A stretch of DNA of 64,000 nt. Source: Giardia intestinalis (lineage: Eukaryota). Of this stretch, positions 12,555 through 23,661 are shown one piece after another. Within the stretch, counting starts at the first letter, position 1; every line of letters starts with the position of its first letter. A model generated the notes under the pieces. It searched no databases. It worked only from the letters and a program-made list of their open reading frames with translations, and was not told where the DNA came from. Location of the stretch: NCBI GenBank assembly GCA_000002435.2, contig CM018793.1; one strand, written 5' to 3'. Made by a program: the position numbers and the translations under genes.

Positions 12555-12844
12555 CGTTGCTGTATATGGATTATGTAGATTATGCTACTAGGCCCCGGCT
12601 GCTGGTGCGTCCAGACGTCCCACGGGTAAGCCTCACCCATGTCCTGGCCGTCTGGAGACGAGGGCTGGTTGTGGATAACATGCTAGGGATTCCTCTCTAT
12701 TAGCGCATCCAGAGCTTGGTGCGCCCCTCTGCCACTTCGCGGGCATGTACTCGATTTGAGTGTGCGCGTCCAGGGCCCTGGCCTTTTCGCAGACTCTCTG
12801 CTCTACCCGTGGCGCCTCTCCTTGGTCTGCCGTCCTGGTGGGTG

Positions 12845-13075
12845 AAGCTCGGGTCGCTGTCTTTTTTAGATGCCCCGTCTGTCGGGGGCTGCCACCAGGC
12901 TCTCTCACTGGCTGGGCCCCTCGGTGTCCGTCCGGCTGTGTCCCGGGCAACGCTCCCACAGTCCAGTCACCTAGGTCTCACAGTGGGCCGGCTGGTGGGT
13001 GAGGCGGGGTTGGTGGGGCGGTGAGGCCGGAGGGGACCGGGGGCGGTGTCTCTATGTGCCCCTGGGTCCGGTGGA
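12845..13075. repeat. Inverted-repeat arm A (imperfect, about 80-90% identity to the reverse complement of 14630..14905)
   Basis: The core ggccggctggtgggtgaggcggggttggtggggcggtgaggccggagggg is matched on the opposite strand at about 14700-14760. Flanking similarity extends about 100 bp on each side. Short ORFs on opposite strands share peptides (GWAPRCPSGC, GRLVGEAGLVGR). Confidence 0.7.
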
Positions 13076-14629
13076 CCATTGAGGTGGTGGGTGATCCCCA
13101 CTCTGTTTGCCAAGGTGGTTGTGTCTGATCTCCAGCCTTCGTTGCACTCCCGAGACAGAGGCACCGACGATCGTGTCGTGTCCCTTGACTGAGTGCCTCC
13201 CTTGGCCCCTGCATGTCTCAAGTAGTACTGCTGCTCTGTCTGGCTGGTGCGTGAGGGGTGAGGCAGACCATCGCAGCCCATCTTGATGCTCTGTGCGGGT
13301 CTGCTGAGCCTCCTGGCATGCCCTGTCCAGTGCCTCGACGGTAGTTCACCTCGGGCCAGCAGGGGTATGGACAACCCTGTGGATGGGATGGGGTTCTGTC
13401 ATGCCTCTAGTGTGATGGCCCAGAAGACTGGCACGGTGGGGCACTGGTGGCTGCACTGTCCCCGTGGCCAGCTGTGCTGCTCCTGGTAGATCCTTGTTGT
13501 GGAGCGCTGTGTGTTGTTCATAGGCAGGGGTGAGTCCTCCTTGGTCTCAGGATGCTCTACCATCAGAGAGGAGTACGCTGAGGGTCACCCAACATCACCT
13601 GCTGTGCCCTCGGGAGCTCCCGATGTGATCTATCAGGACCTTGACACCTCCTCGTGGCTCTGATGACCCCTCGGGGAGAGCCGGGGCACCCTATACTGAG
13701 GGGTGTGCACCCTCCTGCACGAGCCGGGTCACCCACTGCACTGCCCCCAAGGAGGTCTGCTATGAGAGGCAGTGGGATGATTGACAGCCCCTCAGAGTGC
13801 AGTGGAGGGTGCTCGTGGTCGTCTCTGTGACCGGGCATCACTCTGATGGTCGGCTCTGTGCCTTTGTGGTGCTCAGAGGTCACCTGTCCTCCATAGCCTG
13901 CCGGACAGCCGGGCCTCTTGTGGCATCCAAAGGCCTCCTCGCTCCTCTGGCTGCTGCCCCCTCGGGTCATCGGTGGAAGTAGTCGAGGCCAGCGGAGTCT
14001 TCGGTGGGTCGTGCCTGCCTGGGTGTCATGGGGGGCTGGCAGCTGTCAGGGCTCTGCCACTGCTCGCCTGCCTGGAGTGTGCCTCCCTTGGGCCTGCTGT
14101 GCTGTAGTGTTTGAGTCCTCTGGCTTCCTATCAGGCCCTTGGTTGTGAGGGTGACTTCACCTGGCCCTCTGATGCCCCTGTGGATGAGCACAGTAATGTG
14201 TCTGGCCGGGGATCTCTGGTGCCCGTGTCTGTCACTGCCTCTCGGGTGCTCGGGTGGTTGCCTGGGGCTCTCGTACGGGGCACAGTCAGCGTGTCCCGAG
14301 CAGACTCCAGTCCTCTCTGGGTCATGCACAGTCTGTCCGTGTGTGGATGGTCCTCCTGCACTCAGGTCCATCTGTGTGCACTGTCACTCAGTCTCGAGAG
14401 CAGACCAGTGCAGTCACCAGGGCTGCTGTCAGAGGGAGTCGTCTGCCACTACATCGCTCGAGCAGACCCTACAGCTCAGGCTGGCTGCTGTGCACCCTCA
14501 TGGTAGGGCTGCCTGACTCCCTTGGTCATCCTCTCTGTCCCGGTGTGCACGGCTCCTGAGGCGTTGTCTGGGTGGAGGCACTCACAGACCACGAGCCCAC
14601 AGAGGGGTGAGTCACAGATGGATAGCCCC

Positions 14630-14905
14630 CAGTCACCACAGCTATGATCACCCCAGTCCACCGGATCCAGGGCACATACGAACACCGCCCCACCCGGTCC
14701 CCACCAGGAGCCCCTCCGGCCTCACCGCCCCACCAACCCTGCCTCACCCACCAGCCGGCCCGCCATGAGATCCAGGTGACCGCGACTGTAGAGCGCTGAC
14801 CCAGAACCACAGCCAGACGGACATCGAGGGGCCCAGCCAGTGGAGCTGGAGAGGTGGCGAGAGAAGATCTGCTTACTCACAGGGGAAGCAGCGACCGAGA
14901 ACAAA
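14630..14905. repeat. Inverted-repeat arm B
   Basis: See arm A. The arms enclose about 1.55 kb of GC-rich, GT-skewed sequence with no ORF. Confidence 0.7.
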
Positions 14906-15571
14906 TAACGATGCCCCTTATAGCGAGCCAGAGACCTAATAGCTGCTGTCGTCGAGACAAGTGAAAGCATTGTTAAAAAGATAGTAGCAACCCATATCTA
15001 TCATCCACCATGAAGAAAGACCATGAAGCGAGGCACTACTCATAGACTACATGTGCTGGTGAGTAAGCTGAATCCAAGGCTGAGCGACGCCCACACATAG
15101 TCTGAGCACACACCCACAGAGCGACCGGGGAAGGTGCCAGGTTTTAGATACACTAATAGAGGGGACCCTCTAGTATGTTGTCTACAACCAGCCCTCGTCT
15201 CCGGATTGGCCAGGAATTGAGCGAGAATTTACTCGTGAGACTTCTGGACCGCGTGAGGCGAGGCTCCAGCAGCACAGTACCTATTTTGCTGCACAGGAGC
15301 TCACACTGGCACAAGATGGCTCCGTGCACTCAGATTGATGGACAGAAGGGGTCAATTCGTAAGATCTGTCTCACTAAGGGCGCTTTGGTTGCAATCCCAC
15401 GACTTCAGAGGCTTCTGTGCTGATTGGGATTGGGTAATGATGCGCGAGGAAAAGCGTTCGACCAGGAGGTAGCAAGGCTGAGGCTCACCGAATCCATGAT
15501 TGTTATCTACCCACAGATTCTGCGAAAATTGGACCCAGTACAGTAATTGTTAGTTTGGCGTAATAGAAAGC

Positions 15572-18187
15572 GTGAATCTAATTGCGCATGACATGGTCAG
15601 TGAAAGTCCCACTCGTGCTGCAGAGAGCGCTGGCAGTGGCCTCGATAGCATCCCCATGTTCAGTCCCGAAGGGCTGTATCAGCGCGAAGGCGAGCTGCTA
15701 GGTAAAGGGGGCTTCGGTGCCGTTCGCGCCATCGATGGGTGTCCAGGCCTTTCTGTGAAGGAGAGGATGATCAAGCGTAGTGAGAAGAAGCTCACAGAGT
15801 GCGAACTGAAAACTGTTACGAGACTCTCCCAGCCTGGCGTCATCAAGTATCACCAGGTGATCAGGAGCAACGACCCATCTTTGTCATCATGGACCGCCAC
15901 CACGGGGATCTCCAGAAATTTATCACTGCCTACAGGGCAGCTCGTAAACCCAGTCCCAAGGGGCTGATGTTCCCTCTCCTAGAGCAGATGGCTGACGCCC
16001 TCGCCTACCTCCACAACCCTCGCAAGGTGGCCGAAGACGGGAGCTTATCTTACAGCCTCGTCTACGGGGACCTCGGGCCCGCCAACTCTGATGAATAGGG
16101 ACGGCTAGCGCATCGTGCTCGCAGACTTTGGGCTCTGCAAGGACTCTCTGCATAGTGGAGGCACCTTTGCAGGAACGTCGGCATACATAGCCCCCGAGAC
16201 CTTCATACGAGACGAGCACCGCTTCGGATATCTGAGCCTCCGGAGTCGTCATGTATGAGCTTGCCGAGCTTCTCACACTTTGGGAGCCAGAGGATGCGAA
16301 AGCAGTCTTTGACAATGAGTGGAGGCCTGATTTGGGCGCCATCACAGATGAATTTGTAAGAACTGTCATCGAGAAGATATTATCCTGGACCCGGCAGAGC
16401 AGCTCACGACCAGAAAGATCATTGGCTTTTTCCAAACACTCAATAGCCCTGCAATTAAAGCGGAGGATCAACATAAGGAATCCGAACATCTTGCAGAACG
16501 CTCCACTCCGACAAATGTTACGGTTTCTTTAACTTCTTCTACGTCCATGAACATGTCTAAGCCCCCGCTTGTATATCCTTTCAGTGGTACAAGTGTTGAA
16601 GCTGCTGAAGAACACCTTACTGAGGAAGACAGTGGTATCGACCCTATTCATTGAAGAATAGAGGCTCCTTTTGTTACAGACGGGGGCGCATACAGCAAGA
16701 AGTATATGGCTCTTGCGCGGAGCATCCCAGCTCTGACTCCCTTCATTATGCGCGTGTCGTTATTCTTGACCAGTCATATAGCAGGTCAACCCTCTTCAAC
16801 GACCTCTTTGGAACATGCCTCAAGGCGTTGGACGAAGATGACGACTGACAAAAGACGACCAAGGGGCTTACAGCGGGATTCATCCCAGGTGCAGGATCCT
16901 ATCCGACCATACTACTACTCTATTGTAAGGGGTCCGAGAGCAAAGAGCGTGCCACAGAAAATGATCAGAATATTGAACGCTGTATAGGCGCTTTCGCATC
17001 TGCCATTGCCGACATTCTTATTGTTCATATTTTGCAGACAGATGTTAGTCGTGTAGAAGGATTCTGCGCCAATCTCCTCAAATCGATCTTCTCAGTCTAC
17101 TTCCAGCCCCGCAACGACGTCAAAATATATATCACAAACTTAGGCTGTTCATCGATATCCATCGGTGTAATGGAAAGGGAGAAGATCACATGAAGGAAGC
17201 ACTTAACAATGATATCAAAGGAATATATGAGAACTCAGTCCCTTCCAAATTGCGTAATAGCTTCCGTCGTTACATCGACTTCAGCTTCTGGTTCATTCGG
17301 GACACGTCCTGTGAGGACAAGAATGGTAACCAGGATGAATCGGACCTTTACAAACAACAAATAGAAGGTATCCGCAGAGACATACAGACACTTGTTGCCG
17401 AAGTCATCAATCAACTTGCTTCGAGTGAACGCTTGTTCCTCACCCTTGCTGATTCTGCTGAATTCTATAGGAAAATTTGGGACACAGTTTGCAACAATGA
17501 GAATTTTGATGCTCCTTTCATACAGATGGTCTTTCTAACAAAAATGCTAGATGACAATGGTGTTACTTCACTTATGAAAGTGGCTATGAAAGGTGACATA
17601 AACTCTGTGAGACTGCTGATACCAAGCCAGAAGGAACTGAAGGATAGGAAAAATCACAATGCTCTGTACTATTCTCTTAAAAATGGACATCTAGAAGTTG
17701 CTGAGATGCTTATATCTTATGAGGACCCAACAGATGATGATGGTATGACAGCACTTATGCGGGCTGTTATTAGGGGGGCGCAAAGCTAGTAGAGCTGCTT
17801 ATACCAGCTCATAATGGAATGAAGGACAAGGCTGGAAACACGGTGTTCATGCATGATCTTAAGAACAAGCACACAAGCATAGCTCTGCTTCTCCACAAAC
17901 ACGGGGCCTCATCCTAGACCCCAGTCATGTGCGCTTCCTTCGCCGGCGATACTGAAAGAGTTAAGAAGAACCTTTCTGATAAAGACAAGAAGAATGATGA
18001 TGGTGAGACTGCTCTCATGTTGGCAGCAGAAAATAACAGAAGACATACTCTTTTTTACCAAAGTCAACTTGCTAGTTGTTGTCTGAGTAAATATCCCTGC
18101 AAACCACCATTGCTCTGGGCAGATGGGCTTCTCACTTACTCTTGGGCAAAGTCCAAAATCCGAAATTCGGATGCCATCCAATCCTAA
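15572..18187 (+). pseudogene. NEK-type protein kinase with coiled-coil/ankyrin tail, inactivated by multiple frameshifts and stops
   Basis: Kinase subdomains appear in order but in different frames. These are GKGGFGAV (about 15700), IFVIMDRHHGDLQKF...LAYLH, a mutated catalytic loop VYGDLGPANSDE (about 16060), GTFAGTSAYIAPE (about 16150) and MYELAELLT (16251). They are followed by ankyrin-like repeats split across frames (GVTSLMKVAMKGD, DGMTALMRAV, DGETALMLAAENN) at 17190..18060. Confidence 0.55.
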
Positions 18188-18859
18188 AGAAAAGAAGAAC
18201 TTTATGTTCATCCCTCCGGGAGCTGCTACTGTTCTTCGCGGTGCTTTTTGAGGATTCCTCCCTTCCCTTGGCCAACTACTGTCTGACGCTTGAGTGGGCA
18301 CCTGCTGTCTCGGGCCTTGCGTCGGTCACTGCGATCTGGCCCCCACAGAATCCAGGGCTCTGGTCTTCCGTGACGAAGATCGCGCCCCACGACCCCGGGT
18401 GTCCACCCCGTTCCTCGGGGTGCCTCTTCGTCTCCTCGTGGAGGGCACTATCTGTTCCATTATCAAGGGTGCGCTCCCCATGCACCTCTATCTTGGAGTC
18501 ATAGTACGCGTTCGTGGATGCCAGTGGACAGCTCCCATGCGTTGTGTCGGGGGAGAAGTATGGCCCTCCTATTCATGGATTGCGGTGCGCTCTTGCAGGT
18601 GCTCCGTCACCCAGCACGAGACCGTGTCGACGCTCACCTTGTGCAGCGTGTTTGGCTCAGTGACGTGTGGGCTGGTCCATCTGCACTGCACAGCACACCT
18701 GGGGGAATGATTCGGTCTGTCGAGGCGTCGGTCCAGGGCCACCTCTCTGAAGGGTGTCATCCGAAGCATCAGAAGCGATCAGGACCAGTTCATCGAGGTC
18801 GTCTCTCTCTACAACCGGCGCCCGTCTACTCGAGGGTGTCAGGCACTGCCAGCTGCTGC

Positions 18860-19110
18860 AGCAGACCCCAGGCAGGTGGCCCAGACCACCACTCTTCGGT
18901 ACGGTCAGGATCAATCCGCCTCTGTCAGCCAAGCACTCCAGGGCTCCCATCTCTTGCCGAGGGATTCACATAGGTCACGTGTGGGTCCATCTCGACTAGC
19001 GGGCGATGATCCTGGCCAGCGTTGGCCTAGTGCGGCGAGTGATCGGCGCATCCATCACCAGTTTCAGGCCCTCTATTGCCTTGGAGAAAGCACAAGGCTC
19101 TTCTACCAGG
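18860..19110 (+). repeat. Interspersed repeat, copy 2
   Basis: See copy 1. It lies immediately 3' of HCMP 19279..21150 (minus strand). Confidence 0.6.
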
Positions 19111-19278
19111 AGTGGACGACATCTGATTTTCAAATTTCAGACTCTAGATTTGGATCCCCGTTGATGAACGAGCAAGAGACACACCTACCTAGAATGGCGC
19201 TGCATCTTCTTGATTCAAGAAAACATTTACTAGCACATACTGCGAGATTATCAATGCAGATTATGCTATGATAAATAA

Positions 19279-21150
19279 CTAGTCAGTTTCATACTCCACA
19301 CATTCGGGGTTGGTGTCAACAGAGGTCGGTTCCATATTTTTCTGAGAGTTCATAAGACGAGTTTCTGAAGTAACATCGAGTTGTTGAGCTGGCTTACGTC
19401 GAAAAACGAAGAAGAGTCCAACACCAATACACACTAGGAGAACTAGGACAACGATCCCAACGGATGAAGCGAAAATCGTCTTCTTACTCATTCGCACAAT
19501 CTCCTTACATTGCCCATCAGTGGTCAGTTCTCCAGAAGAGCACCGTACGCATACTTCGGTGCTCTCTCCTGATGTAGAATCTGTGCGAAAGCTGCAACTA
19601 GAGCAATCACTAATTGTACAAGGATAGCAGAGAGCCCCCTGCATTCCATATCCAACGCCACAGGCGCTGCACTCACCAGTGGATTGATTGCAATCAATAC
19701 AGTTAGTATCTGGGCAAGCTACAACACAGGCCTTTTCATTTGCATTCCATAGATAGCCGCTAGAACACGTGGCACAAACGTCTCGGTTGTTGGCCAGGCA
19801 CACCAGGCAGTTTGAGATGCTGCAGGAGTCCACGTCTACGTCTGGGGAATTCAATACGCAAACGTCGACCGTCAACGTATAACCGTCCTCGCACGCAACA
19901 CAGATGCTTGCGCTCTTACAGTCGAGGCAGTTCCCGACACAACGTGCACACCTGCCCCCAACAACATAATATCCCTTTTGGCAACGCTTGCAAGTCTCTG
20001 TTCTCTCTGTGACGGTGCAGCTTCTGCAGTTGGGGCTCTGGCATCCATTGACAGGAACGCACTCCTTATTATCGAGCATAAAGCCTGCAGCACACTGAAC
20101 GCACGCTCCATCATCTCCACAGAATCTACAGTCGTCAACAAGGGCCAGTTGATCAGCTGTGCACTTTGTCCCCACACAGTTTGGCCCGCCTTTGCCATCA
20201 GGGCACGGCGTGCAAGAGCCCGTCTCATTGGGACCATAACCATCAATGCAGAGCTGGCACGTTGGTTCGCCTTCTGTACACGTATGGCAGTTATCGTAGC
20301 GGGTCCCAGAACACAACACCGCATTGCATGTAATCCCATCACTCAATCTATTGTCTGGACACGGTGTACAAGTAATGGAGTTACTAGACTCCTTGTAGTA
20401 CCCATCTTTGCAAACTTTGCATGCCCCTGGCTCCAAGATTGCATCTTCAGCTGAGTAGCAAGTCGCACAATTCTCGGATATCTTTCCATTGCATTTAGTC
20501 TTCTCGCAATTGTAGCCACCGGTATTCCCTTGACATTGAACACACTTTCCAAGCTCATTAGGATGAAAGTCGTCGTAACACCGGCTGCAACGATTCGTCC
20601 CAGAAAGACACTCGAGGCAATAGTCTCTGGTTGTGGCCAGACACCTCATCGAAATGCACTCTGGTCCGATTCGGCCATCGGGGCACGCTTCGCACTTATT
20701 GGTCTCTGGAATCAGCTTGTAAGAATCCTTGCAAACTGCACAGGTCCCCTCTGTTGCAGTATCACAAGTCTTACAATTCGTTAGTGCAACCCCATTACAG
20801 ATGAGGTCCTGACACTCATAGCCTCCGGTGCCTTCTGCACACGCACCACAGCCCCCATACCACGTCACATAGTACCCGTCTTCACAAGTCCAGCACCGGT
20901 CTGTGCTACTACATTCTAGACAATTGACACGTGTGGTAAGCCAGCACTTGCGTGTGGAACACCTGGGACCCCATGTACCCTTTGGGCATGGAACGCACTT
21001 GCCCGTTTCCACGTCTAGCTTATAGTCATCCTGGCATATCATGCAGTTATCGGGGTAGTCTGGGACGCACTCGGTGCAGTAGTCAACATCACAACTGGCA
21101 GATGTAGAAGACCGCACCAGAAGAAGCACGACTGACATAGACATCAACAT
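19279..21150 (-). CDS. High-cysteine membrane protein (HCMP; not VSP, it has no CRGKA)
   Basis: The ORF track starts at a TTG at 21177. The first ATG (aataaaATG) at 21150 gives the signal peptide MLMSMSVVLLLVRSSTSASC. The protein is more than 12% Cys (CxxC/CxC) with a TM helix SVGIVVLVLLVCIGVGLFFVF plus a 40-aa acidic tail. Confidence 0.85.
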   Translation of the reverse strand: MLMSMSVVLLLVRSSTSASCDVDYCTECVPDYPDNCMICQDDYKLDVETGKCVPCPKGTWGPRCSTRKCWLTTRVNCLECSSTDRCWTCEDGYYVTWYGGCGACAEGTGGYECQDLICNGVALTNCKTCDTATEGTCAVCKDSYKLIPETNKCEACPDGRIGPECISMRCLATTRDYCLECLSGTNRCSRCYDDFHPNELGKCVQCQGNTGGYNCEKTKCNGKISENCATCYSAEDAILEPGACKVCKDGYYKESSNSITCTPCPDNRLSDGITCNAVLCSGTRYDNCHTCTEGEPTCQLCIDGYGPNETGSCTPCPDGKGGPNCVGTKCTADQLALVDDCRFCGDDGACVQCAAGFMLDNKECVPVNGCQSPNCRSCTVTERTETCKRCQKGYYVVGGRCARCVGNCLDCKSASICVACEDGYTLTVDVCVLNSPDVDVDSCSISNCLVCLANNRDVCATCSSGYLWNANEKACVVACPDTNCIDCNQSTGECSACGVGYGMQGALCYPCTISDCSSCSFRTDSTSGESTEVCVRCSSGELTTDGQCKEIVRMSKKTIFASSVGIVVLVLLVCIGVGLFFVFRRKPAQQLDVTSETRLMNSQKNMEPTSVDTNPECVEYETD

Positions 21151-21751
21151 TTTATTGCAATTTTCAGCAAGTAGCAACGTGATAATTTCCCTGTAATCTA
21201 TCGTTGGTTACTACGCGTGGTCTCCAGGGAGCCACCACTAAAGTGGTTGTACTTGTTGTTTACCCAAAACGTAGCCGAGTCTTACATTCTTCCAGTCAAT
21301 AAGTTTGTCAAAATAAAAGCACAACCCTGAAACGTACCGGCCTACTTACAAGCGCGTGCATAATGTGGTCGACGGAGAGCATATGAAGCATAGCTGATGT
21401 CTCCATGCGCGGATCTCTGCTTCGGCGTTAACTAATAACAGCCCCGTACTAAATGAAGGGTGGCCTACTTAACTCTACCAAGGCCAAGATAGCGACATAT
21501 CTCAGATTGGATTTCAGGTCGGAGAGCCGCCGGCGCCGTAGAGCCTGCGGCTAGCTTCTGTAGTGCTGCCTCTCCGAACTATGGGGCACAAGCTGGAGCT
21601 AGGATCCTTATGCACGACAGTTGTCCGTACTTCACCGCAAGATCGAGAGCCGATTGGTCATTCTCATCAACCAAGCCCAGCTCGTAGGGGACGAGATACT
21701 TGACTATGTTTGGATGATCCCACGCCGCAGCGTGCATTAGCGCTGTCCAGC

Positions 21752-22804
21752 CTAAGAGTCCTGCTCGCCCGCCTCGGCACTTCGTAAAACTTGAACTGCC
21801 TCGACGTGCCCCACCTGCGCTGCAATCATGAGAGACGTCATCTGCTGCTTGATCTCTGTCATCTTTTTTTCATACTCGCCCAGCCACTTCAGGCATCGTA
21901 CGCTTTTCGCGACGATTGCCAGCATCAGTGCTACTGGCTTTCCGATCTCTTGCTTGTTGCTCAGGTGTATATTGCTGGATATGCGTATCCCCGACTCATG
22001 AGGCGCCAGGAGCCGGCATGCCTCTGCACTATCCTTCTCCGCAGCAATCATGAGCGCAGTTCGATCGTCCGGTCTCCGCATCCCCTTCTCACTGGCGATC
22101 AAGTGCTTGATTGCTGGGATGTTATTGCTATACACAGCGATCATCAGGGCTGTGCGTCCATCGTTTGTACGCCGGCGGATGCTATCCTTGTATTGCACCA
22201 GTGGCTCTGCAGAGCGCATTGCTACGGCTATCATCAGCTACGTAAAACCATCTTCCCCCAGCAGGCACTTTTCATGTGTGATAAGCAGCTTCAAGCACGC
22301 AACTCGACCCATCTCTATGGCGTAGCGTGAAGCGCACCAGCTCATACTATCGCGTCTTCCGGCCTGGTACGGTATCAGAATCTTTAATCACGCACAGTCT
22401 CCTTCCCGCGCAGCCAACATCAAGAGAGTTCTACCTGTTACAGATCCCTCGAGAATAGGTATTGGTAGGTCAGCTTCGTACTTACAGAGCCTTTCCATAA
22501 CATTTAGGTTCTTGTTCTCATATGCATGATAGAGGGCAGTCTTTCCTTTGAAGTCGGCAAGACCCTTCTCATAAGGTCCGAGGACATCAATGAGACGCAG
22601 TGACTGGCGGTCAATGCAGTACATAAGAGCGGTCTTCTGGAGAGAATCCTGGACTCCGTGTTCATGCCGTGCCAGGATCATTGCAATGTCGTAGTAGCTT
22701 TTGCGGAGCGCAAGCATAAGTGCTGTGTACCCCTTATCATTACGGCGTTTAGCGTGTGCTTTCCTTAACGAAAAAACAGCATCAGTATCATTATTAGCAA
22801 CTGC
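21752..22804 (-). pseudogene. Ankyrin-repeat (protein 21.1-like) gene remnant split into at least two ORFs
   Basis: Two minus-strand ORFs (21752..22234, 22388..22717) are both full of ankyrin consensus (TALMIAV, TALMLAL). The frame upstream of Met22717 still encodes an ankyrin repeat (KRRNDKGYTALMLAL) back to a stop at 22805-22807 with no Met. A 150-bp gap separates the two ORFs. Confidence 0.5.
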
Positions 22805-23661
22805 TTAGAACAGTGCATCCGGCCCAGGAGCAGAGATAGCCGTGTTCCAAAGTTTCATTATTGGGGCTGAGTAGATGCTGCGCTGTGACTCTCTTGACGT
22901 CGCCCTTGTTCGTCGACCCAGGCAACTAAAGAGTCCCCGAATCAAGAGCGCACTTGGCTCCGAAGGGTCAGGTTGGTCTAGACCGCGAAAATGGCGTGCC
23001 ACTAGTGACTGCGAGGACCTGCAGATGGGAGAATCCTTACCAGGATAAGACAATGGACGCACAATACTGACGCGCGCCCACGAGATTTGGAGATGGGCGG
23101 GCTCACGGGGGTCGATGAGAGAAGTAGCCTGCAACGGGCCAGCCCGCCCCCATTCACAGAAGGGCAAAGCTCGCACCAGAGGAGCGGTGTGGGCACAAGA
23201 AGCCCCGTCATGCGCGGGTCACGACGTCGGCTCCGGGTCGGCCAGGGCCAGACTTCGCGCGGCCTGCTGGGAGAGGGCTGGCAATGAAAGTTCAGTTTGC
23301 AAATGCTAGCACCTGTGAAATATAACAGATCACGAGACTTGTCGATATATTCCTAGAAAATAGAATGTGTAAATTTCATTACATTATATGGATCTGCACT
23401 GGTTTGTCTTGATGCAGATAAGTTACGTATATTGAGCCTATGTAAGCTCTTGCCCTGAAGCAACCGATTTCTCGTGGACATAATTCTACCCCAAAAAGTG
23501 ATGATATCATTCAAAATACCCTAATATTTAAAGCTAGCTTAGGATGGTATTGGTACTTACAAATACAATCAATTTTTTGAAAAACGATAACCCAATATTA
23601 TCTAGTGATGCATCCAATCAACAACTCTTGCAGTTTCATATACGCACGAGCTTATATTCAG

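Noticed and set aside
13040-14680. Interior of the inverted repeat as ribosomal DNA or telomeric repeat.
   Set aside because: It is GC-rich like Giardia rDNA, but I recognise no rRNA start or conserved rRNA stretches and no TAGGG telomere repeats.
21177-21177. Track start of the minus-strand HCMP at 21177.
   Set aside because: Codon 21175-21177 is TTG. The first ATG (21148-21150, aataaaATG) gives a proper signal peptide.
22805-23300. GC-rich block with overlapping ORFs on both strands (22805..23176 minus, 23087..23309 plus).
   Set aside because: No motif or start context. It is probably decayed sequence adjacent to the ankyrin pseudogene, with not enough signal to call a feature.
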